NCBI GenBank assembly: GCA_964486645.1
Contig: CAZAOG010000002.1
Span: 1,012 to 65,011, forward strand
Direction: 5' to 3'
Origin: an uncultured Ignavibacteriaceae bacterium
Lineage (GTDB): Bacteria; Bacteroidota; Ignavibacteria; Ignavibacteriales; Ignavibacteriaceae
Length of the DNA: 64,000 bases
Within the stretch, counting starts at the first letter, position 1, and each line of letters opens with the position of its first letter. The position numbers and the translations under genes are program-made. Shown here piece by piece: positions 58,056 through 64,000 of the stretch. Under the pieces are notes generated by a model, which was given only the letters and a program-made list of their open reading frames with translations, was not told the origin of the DNA and did not search any database.

Positions 58056-58667
58056 TTACACAAACAAACTTACGTCTCCAGCACCTTCTCTTATTACCTC
58101 GGGTGCTTCCTCGCTTAAATTTATAACGCTGGAGGGTCTTCCGTTTAAATTACCCGACGCCAACATCAGATCGACCTGCGAGTTAAATACATTTTTAATC
58201 TCAAAGGGATTAATTAAAATATTTCCCCTTCTGGATGTGGTACTTGTGCTTATTATCGGATGACCGAATTCTTCCACTATTTTTAATGCAACAAGATGTT
58301 TGGGAATTCTTATACCTACAGTTTTTCTTTTGCTTTGCAGAAGCTTCGGTACTTGTTTGGCCGCCGGCAGAATAAACGTGTAAGGCCCCGGCAGCAGATG
58401 TTTCATTGTTCTGTATGCATAATCCGATACATTGGCATATTTTGCAATGTTCTTTAAGTTGGGACATATAAAACTGAGTAATTTAGAATCTGTATCGTTT
58501 TTAATCTGCAGAATTTTCTCGACAGCTTTTTTATTGAAGATATCACATCCAATACCGTAAACCGTGTCGGTCGGATAAATAATCAGTCCGCCTTTTTTTA
58601 ATACTTCAACTGCTTTATTTATATAACGTAATTGAGGTGTTTCGGGGTGAAGTTCATAATATTCCAT
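58056..58667 (-). CDS. yciO: Sua5/YrdC/YciO-family protein, closest in pattern to the YciO paralogue, not TsaC
   Basis: From memory of E. coli YciO, there is end-to-end resemblance: YELHPETPQLRYINKAVEVLKKGGLIIYPTDTVYGIGC, RKTVGIRIP and VIREGAGDVSLFV. IKNDTDSK occupies the position where I recall TsaC having a KGRP-type K-x-R motif. Confidence 0.75.
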   Translation of the reverse strand: MEYYELHPETPQLRYINKAVEVLKKGGLIIYPTDTVYGIGCDIFNKKAVEKILQIKNDTDSKLLSFICPNLKNIAKYANVSDYAYRTMKHLLPGPYTFILPAAKQVPKLLQSKRKTVGIRIPKHLVALKIVEEFGHPIISTSTTSRRGNILINPFEIKNVFNSQVDLMLASGNLNGRPSSVINLSEEAPEVIREGAGDVSLFV

Positions 58668-59106
58668 ATTTCGCTCCTTCTTTGTAAGAAATACATTTTA
58701 AAATTACTCAGGCTTTCCACTAAGATAAAAACGTTTTTGTAATTGTCAATTTTAAAGTGAAATTATTCTGTTTTTTTTCACTACCAACCAAAATAAAATC
58801 ATACATATAGACAAATAAACATTATAATCAAATAATATTCTCTGTTTGCTCCGCTAATCCTCAGGGCCCTCTGCGGTTAAATCGTATTGTTTTTAAGAAA
58901 GAATAAGCGCAAACAGAAATTATGGATTCAAATAAATATCCTTCTTCAGAATTATTCGATATTTTGTTTAATAAACTTTTGCCGCCATTTTATCCTGTAA
59001 ACCGACAGATGTGATTTTTTTTAAAATTGTTTTTATTTTCCCGCAAAATATTCTTATATTTATTGTTCATATTTTATTTATAATGTACAGAGATTTGGAG
59101 AAATAA

Positions 59107-59346
59107 ATGTCAAGAAAATGCCAAATAACAGGTGTGGGACCAAAAGCGGGAAACAGTATATCCCACGCACATAACAAAAGCAAAAGAAGATTTTTACCCA
59201 ATATTCAAAAGAAGAAAATTTGGGTTCAGGAATTAAACAGATTTGTAACCGTTAAACTTTCTACCAGCGCCCTAAAAACCATTAACAAAAACGGTACATC
59301 CGAATTGGCTAAAATGATAAGAGACAAGAAAATTAAAGTTAATTAA
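59107..59346 (+). CDS. rpmB: 50S ribosomal protein L28
   Basis: MSRKCQITGVGPKAGNSISHAHNKSKRRFLPN. Confidence 0.93.
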   Translation: MSRKCQITGVGPKAGNSISHAHNKSKRRFLPNIQKKKIWVQELNRFVTVKLSTSALKTINKNGTSELAKMIRDKKIKVN

Positions 59347-59366
59347 AAAATATTTATTTAAAACGG

Positions 59367-59398
59367 AAAAAGGAAAGCTATACGGCTTTCCTTTTTTT
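59367..59398. terminator. Bidirectional intrinsic terminator between rpmB and rplI
   Basis: aaaaaggaaagc tatacg gctttccttttttt: a 12-bp stem including A/T extensions, with U-tracts on both strands. Confidence 0.7.
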
Positions 59399-59420
59399 AT
59401 TTTAAAGCTATTAATAAATT

Positions 59421-59864
59421 CTACTCTCTTACAACCCAAACTTTTACAGTTGTGCTGACCGAAGGATGAAGTTTGACATTTACTTCATAAATTCCGAGTG
59501 CTTTAATTTGTTCTTCAATTTCTATTTTTCTTTTGTCTATTTCAAAACCCTTCTCTTTTAAGACATCGGAAATCATCTGGGCGGTAACAGAGCCGAATAT
59601 TTTTTCCTCTTCACCTACCTGAACCGGAATGGTTACCGAGACCTTTTCCAATTCTGCTGCCAAAGTTTCTGCGGCGGATAGTTCCTGGTTGGATTTTACC
59701 AGCAAGGATTTCTTTTCTTCTTCCAATGCACGAACATTACCTTTTAAAGCAGCATAAGCAATTTTTTTAGGAATTAAATAATTACGTGCATAACCTTCTT
59801 TAACGGTTACTATTTCCCCAATTTTCCCCAGGGTTTCAAAATCTTTTCTAAGTATTACTTTCAT
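59421..59864 (-). CDS. rplI: 50S ribosomal protein L9
   Basis: MKVILRKDFETLGKIGEIVTVKEGYARNYLIP. Confidence 0.93.
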   Translation of the reverse strand: MKVILRKDFETLGKIGEIVTVKEGYARNYLIPKKIAYAALKGNVRALEEEKKSLLVKSNQELSAAETLAAELEKVSVTIPVQVGEEEKIFGSVTAQMISDVLKEKGFEIDKRKIEIEEQIKALGIYEVNVKLHPSVSTTVKVWVVRE

Positions 59865-59882
59865 ATAATCTCCTAATCTGTA

Positions 59883-60113
59883 CTATCTTGCAGAATCCGA
59901 TACATATGGTAAAAGAGCCATATGACGCGCACGTTTAATTGCTAATGTTAATTGTCTTTGGTATTTGGCTTTTGTGCCGGTTATTCTTTTGGGAATAATT
60001 TTCCCTTGTTCGGTAGTATATCTCTGCAGAAGTTTAACGTCTTTGTAATCGATATATTTAATGTTGTTTTTTGTGAATCTGCAAATCTTTTTTGTTCTTA
60101 TATCGTTTTTCAT
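59883..60113 (-). CDS. rpsR: 30S ribosomal protein S18
   Basis: [43 protein letters not shown]. Confidence 0.93.
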   Translation of the reverse strand: MKNDIRTKKICRFTKNNIKYIDYKDVKLLQRYTTEQGKIIPKRITGTKAKYQRQLTLAIKRARHMALLPYVSDSAR

Positions 60114-60125
60114 AAAATTTCCTTT

Positions 60126-60623
60126 TTATTTTAACAATTCGGATTCTTCACTTGATAAAAACTTATCGAATGAATCTTCGGAAAAATCTTTTTCTATTTC
60201 GGTTGTTACAGGTTCTTCAACTTTTTCCGTTTTAACATTTTCAACCTTTTCAATTTCTTCGAAATCTTCAGTTCTATTCCTACGGTTTAAAAACTGAATT
60301 CTTCTTGCCTTAATTTCAACTATACTTCTGTTATGGCCGTCATCGGATTTCCAGTTACGGCTTTGCAGCTCACCGTCAACCAAGACAGCAAAACCCTTTT
60401 TTAATTTATCCCTGCAGCTTTCGGCAAGTTTGTTCCAAGCAACAACGCCTATATAACAAACGTCTTCCTGCCATTGGTTTGTGCTATCTTTGTATTTTCT
60501 GTTAGAAGCAATAGAAAAATTCACAACAGGAGTATTGTTGGTTGTTTGTCTATACACAGGATCTTTTGTTAGATTGCCGGCAACTATTACATAATTTATT
60601 TCAGGCATTTTCAAATCAGCCAT
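60126..60623 (-). CDS. ssb: Single-stranded DNA-binding protein
   Basis: OB-fold N-domain (NYVIVAGNLTKDPVYRQT...), located between rpsF and rpsR as in many bacteria. Confidence 0.9.
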   Translation of the reverse strand: MADLKMPEINYVIVAGNLTKDPVYRQTTNNTPVVNFSIASNRKYKDSTNQWQEDVCYIGVVAWNKLAESCRDKLKKGFAVLVDGELQSRNWKSDDGHNRSIVEIKARRIQFLNRRNRTEDFEEIEKVENVKTEKVEEPVTTEIEKDFSEDSFDKFLSSEESELLK

Positions 60624-60639
60624 AATATTCCTCCATACT

Positions 60640-61068
60640 TTAAGTTAAATCTTTTCCTTCCTCATCTTTTGATGAACCTGCCTGATCTTCAGTCGTAGAA
60701 ACCTTTTTTTCTTCTTCTTCTTCTTCGACTTTTCTCGCAGCTTCCGTCTTTTTTTGTTCAATATATTCAAGAGCATTTTCATCCAACTTAATTGTTAAGT
60801 ATCTTAAAATATGCTCGTCTAAATTGAACATTCTTTCTAATTTGGCTACAATTATGTTAGGTGCTTCATATCTGTAAAACACATAATAGCCAATTTTGCT
60901 TTTATTAATGGGGTATGCAAGTCTTTTTCTCCCCCAATCTTCAATCTCTTTAATTTCACCGTTGTTGTTTATAATGGTATCTTTTATTTGGGAAACCTGA
61001 GACTGAATTTGTTCATCGTCGAGTGCTGCATTTATTAAAACAGCACTTTCATAAACATTTTTAGTCAT
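60640..61068 (-). CDS. rpsF: 30S ribosomal protein S6 with an acidic C-terminal extension
   Basis: YESAVLINAALDDEQ...WGRKRLAYPI, with a Glu-run tail. Confidence 0.93.
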   Translation of the reverse strand: MTKNVYESAVLINAALDDEQIQSQVSQIKDTIINNNGEIKEIEDWGRKRLAYPINKSKIGYYVFYRYEAPNIIVAKLERMFNLDEHILRYLTIKLDENALEYIEQKKTEAARKVEEEEEEKKVSTTEDQAGSSKDEEGKDLT

Positions 61069-61076
61069 TTAAAGTA

Positions 61077-61125
61077 ACCTCCCTTTGGGCGTTAGGCCCT
61101 CACTTACTTTTGTGAGAGCAGGGTT
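61077..61125 (-). promoter_or_regulatory. Structured 5' leader of the rpsF operon (candidate S6:S18 autoregulatory element)
   Basis: The minus strand reads ccctgCTCTCACaaaagtaaGTGAGGGCctaacGCCCaaAGGGAGG. That gives two adjacent hairpins directly abutting the SD. I cannot verify identity with the published rpsF leader motif by eye. Confidence 0.3.
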
Positions 61126-61153
61126 AATAAATATTTTTAAAATAGAGCCTAAT

Positions 61154-63346
61154 TTATTTAATTAAAGGAGCAATTACAAGAGAAACAACCGCCATTAATT
61201 TTATTAAAATATTCAAAGACGGACCCGATGTATCCTTAAAAGGATCCCCTACTGTATCGCCGACTACGGCTGCTTTGTGGGGTTCGGAACCTTTTCCGTA
61301 TTTAACACCGTTTATCTCCACGCCTTCTTCAATAGTTTTTTTTGCGTTATCCCAGGCACCTCCGGCATTTGCTTGGAAAATTGCCATTAATACACCTGTT
61401 ACAGTAACGCCGGCTAAAAGTCCGCCTAACATTTCAGGACCACCGGCATAACCTATAAATACCGGAGCAAACACTGCCAAGAGTCCGGGAAGAACCATTT
61501 CTCTTATAGCTGCTTTTGTAGAAATTTCCACACATTTTCCATACTCGGCACAACCGTCTGCTTTTTCAAAAATTGCTTTATCTTCATCAGACCAATCTTC
61601 GTGTTCTTTGCCGTCATTTTTTCTCATAACTTTTAAAGCATTTGACAGTTCCGGAATATCTTTGAATTGTCTTCTAACTTCTTCAATCATAGACATTGCA
61701 GCTCTGCCAACGGCATTCATGGCCATTGATGAAAATAAGAACGGAAGCATGCCGCCTAAAAACAAACCCGCCATTACATCAGCCTTTGAAATATCGATCG
61801 CTTTAATTTGTGCGGCAGTCATAAATGCGCCGAATAAAGCAAGTGCGGTAAGTGCTGCGGAACCGATAGCAAAACCTTTGCCGATTGCTGCCGTTGTATT
61901 GCCAACCGCATCTAATTTATCAGTTCTTTTACGAACTTCTTTAGGCAGTTCCGCCATTTCCGCAATACCTCCGGCGTTATCGGAAATCGGGCCGTAAGCA
62001 TCAACGGCTAACTGAATACCCGTATTTGAAAGCATACCAACCGCGGCAATTGCTATTCCGTACAATCCGCCGAAATGGAAAGCACCGATAATTGAAAGGG
62101 CAATAATGATCAGCGGCATTGCCGTAGAATTCAGTCCGTTTCCAATTCCGGCTATAATATTAGTGGCACTTCCTGTCAGTGATTGTCTAACAATATTGTT
62201 AACAGGTTTTTTCCCTTGGCCTGTATAATATTCAGTTAATACTCCAATTAAAACACCGGCTATTAAACCGATAACGGTAGCTAAAAATATTCCGTTTGAG
62301 GTAATTGTATATGTTATACCGTATAATGGATCTTCGTGAGTCCAAGTTTCCGGCATCATCCATTTAATTATAAAATAAAGAGCCGCTATCATAATTGCAG
62401 ATGAACCAAACTCACCCCTGTTCAAAGCCTTTTGGGGATCGCCGCCTTCTTTTACTCTTACGAAGAAAGTTCCGAGTATTGACACAACAATGCCGACGCT
62501 TGCAATTACAAGCGGCAGCAGAACGGCTCCCAATCCGTTAAACTTATCCGCAAATTCGGAATAACCGAAAAATGCCGTACCCAAAACCATTGTACCGATA
62601 ATAGAGCCCACATACGATTCAAAAAGATCTGCGCCCATACCGGCAACGTCACCAACATTATCACCTACATTATCCGCAATTGTTGCAGGATTTAAAGGAT
62701 GATCTTCCGGAATACCTGCCTCTACCTTGCCTACTAAATCAGCGCCGACATCGGCTGCCTTTGTATAAATACCTCCGCCGACTCTTGCAAACAGTGCAAT
62801 AGAAGAAGCTCCGAAAGAAAAACCGGTAATTATTGTAATTACCCGATTCAAATCATTCAAATTATCTACGCCAAAAACATTGCTGTAAATTAAAAATAAA
62901 GAACCAAGACCAAGAACTCCTAATCCAACAACACCAAGTCCCATAACGGAACCACCGGCAAAAGCAATCTCAAGGGCTTGACCCAATCCGGTTCTTGCTT
63001 GGTTTGTTGTTCTAACATTTGCTTTTGTTGCAACTCTCATGCCTATAAATCCGGCTAAAGCGGAACAAAAAGCACCCACTAAAAAAGAAACTCCTATTAT
63101 AGGTGATGAATTTTCAGCATCTGCAGATACAGCTAATAATATTGCTACACTAATAACAAAAATCGACAAAACTTTATATTCGGCTTTAAGGAAAGCCATT
63201 GCCCCGTCGGCAATATGTTTTGCAATTTTAGCCATTTTTTCGGTGCCGACATCTTGTTTAGAAACCCAGGTAGCTTTCCAAAATGTATAAAGCAGTGCGA
63301 GTACGCCAAACACAGGAATAATATAAATAATTATAATTGTATCCAT
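61154..63346 (-). CDS. hppA: Membrane-integral pyrophosphatase, K+-dependent type
   Basis: 730 aa. The Ala in [10 protein letters not shown] marks the K+-dependent subfamily (the A/K determinant). H+ versus Na+ specificity cannot be called by eye. Confidence 0.95.
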   Translation of the reverse strand: MDTIIIIYIIPVFGVLALLYTFWKATWVSKQDVGTEKMAKIAKHIADGAMAFLKAEYKVLSIFVISVAILLAVSADAENSSPIIGVSFLVGAFCSALAGFIGMRVATKANVRTTNQARTGLGQALEIAFAGGSVMGLGVVGLGVLGLGSLFLIYSNVFGVDNLNDLNRVITIITGFSFGASSIALFARVGGGIYTKAADVGADLVGKVEAGIPEDHPLNPATIADNVGDNVGDVAGMGADLFESYVGSIIGTMVLGTAFFGYSEFADKFNGLGAVLLPLVIASVGIVVSILGTFFVRVKEGGDPQKALNRGEFGSSAIMIAALYFIIKWMMPETWTHEDPLYGITYTITSNGIFLATVIGLIAGVLIGVLTEYYTGQGKKPVNNIVRQSLTGSATNIIAGIGNGLNSTAMPLIIIALSIIGAFHFGGLYGIAIAAVGMLSNTGIQLAVDAYGPISDNAGGIAEMAELPKEVRKRTDKLDAVGNTTAAIGKGFAIGSAALTALALFGAFMTAAQIKAIDISKADVMAGLFLGGMLPFLFSSMAMNAVGRAAMSMIEEVRRQFKDIPELSNALKVMRKNDGKEHEDWSDEDKAIFEKADGCAEYGKCVEISTKAAIREMVLPGLLAVFAPVFIGYAGGPEMLGGLLAGVTVTGVLMAIFQANAGGAWDNAKKTIEEGVEINGVKYGKGSEPHKAAVVGDTVGDPFKDTSGPSLNILIKLMAVVSLVIAPLIK

Positions 63347-63370
63347 AGGTTTATCTGATCTCCCTTTGGT

Positions 63371-63958
63371 TTAGTTAATTAAATTTTGATGTTTATTAAG
63401 TTTACTGTTGGCATCAAGCATTTGTTTGGTACCGCCAATTATAAATTCTTCCAATAAAATTACACTATTATCAAATGCTTCTTTTAATTTTTTTATTTCA
63501 TTATCGTTAAAATCGCTTAACACAAATTCTGCAATATTATTTCTGTTAAATTCATTACCCACGCCTATTCTCAAGCGAGGAAATTTATTGTCGTTTAATT
63601 GATAAATAATTGAACCTAAACCGTTATGCCCGCCGTCACCGCCAGATACTCTTATTCTAAACTCCGATAATTTTAAATTTACGTCATCGCAAACTACAAG
63701 CATTTCAGAGTTTTTTATTTTGAATTTTTCAATAACCTGATTTGCTGCAATTCCGCTGTTATTAACGTACGTGGTTGGTTTAACAAGGATATATTTCCGC
63801 CCCACTATATTTCCTTCAGAAAAATAATAGTCCTGTTTTGACGGTTTGAATTTCAATGAGTGCTTTTGTGCAAAATAATCGAGCAGCATAAAGCCTACAT
63901 TATGTCTGTTTTGTTGATATCGAGGTTCCGGATTTCCGATTCCTAAAATAATTTGCAC
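63371..63958 (-). CDS. pth: Peptidyl-tRNA hydrolase (GTG start)
   Basis: ILGIGNPEPRYQQNRHNVGF. Confidence 0.93.
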   Translation of the reverse strand: MQIILGIGNPEPRYQQNRHNVGFMLLDYFAQKHSLKFKPSKQDYYFSEGNIVGRKYILVKPTTYVNNSGIAANQVIEKFKIKNSEMLVVCDDVNLKLSEFRIRVSGGDGGHNGLGSIIYQLNDNKFPRLRIGVGNEFNRNNIAEFVLSDFNDNEIKKLKEAFDNSVILLEEFIIGGTKQMLDANSKLNKHQNLIN

Positions 63959-63962
63959 TTTA

Positions 63963-64000
63963 TTATTTATTTTCTGTCTCTTCTACTGATTCCTCATCAG
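63963..64000 (-). CDS. C-terminal 12 codons of an upstream gene (acidic tail ...DEESVEETENK); possibly L25/Ctc
   Basis: This is the only open minus-strand frame at the right edge. An acidic tail and a position just upstream of pth fit rplY/ctc, but 12 residues are not diagnostic. Confidence 0.3.
   Translation of the reverse strand, partial: DEESVEETENK

Noticed and set aside
60700-60730. Tandem ctt/gaa trinucleotide repeat
   Set aside because: It simply encodes the poly-Glu stretch in the acidic C-terminal tail of S6. It is not a separate repeat element.
1-64000. Looked for CRISPR arrays, tRNA/rRNA genes, transposases, integrases, phage genes, toxin-antitoxin pairs and known defence systems
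   Set aside because: I saw no regularly spaced direct repeats, no tRNA T-arm-like GGTTCGAATCC-type motif in the intergenic regions, and no protein with recombinase, nuclease or defence hallmarks. The window reads as core chromosome.

Overview
This is an AT-rich, densely coding bacterial chromosome segment of about 55 genes, and most of it is core housekeeping. It carries queuosine synthesis (queC, queF, queA), Fe-S carriers (Mrp/ApbC and two NifU/Nfu proteins), glnD, murI, and MEP-pathway genes (ispD and a long three-domain ispG). It also carries phospholipid genes (gpsA, plsY), a lipid A block (lpxB, DUF374, lpxK), ppdK, smc, dnaG, the rpsF-ssb-rpsR-rplI operon, rpmB, a K+-dependent-type membrane pyrophosphatase and pth. 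Several features suggest an FCB-group organism, possibly Ignavibacteria-like, but this is inference only: a CarboxypepD_reg-type TonB receptor next to a DUF4249-like lipoprotein, a DUF4295-like mini-protein, the long IspG, and a sigma-54 activator. I saw no rRNA, tRNA, CRISPR array, transposase, integrase or recognisable defence gene, so this looks like an ordinary core region, not an island. No single finding is a clear-cut novel system; all functional interpretations are hypotheses that need profile searches and experiments. Five loci are the least ordinary. (1) A seven-gene ArsS-type radical SAM / AhpD-like / DUF2064 / GT2 / DUF547 / GH13 cluster has no arsM in sight. (2) A peptide-type ABC importer operon is translationally coupled to a Ser/Thr kinase-P-loop-TPR protein and a sigma-54 activator with a degenerate receiver. 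(3) A GH2-like ectodomain is fused to a polytopic membrane domain just upstream of smc. (4) A HAD-ICMT pair is fused into the lpxB-DUF374-lpxK operon. (5) A DUF4249 / TonB-receptor pair sits behind an orphan lipoprotein. There are also two small ORFs missed by the 60-aa track, one frameshifted outer-membrane gene, and several unusually long structured intergenic regions.
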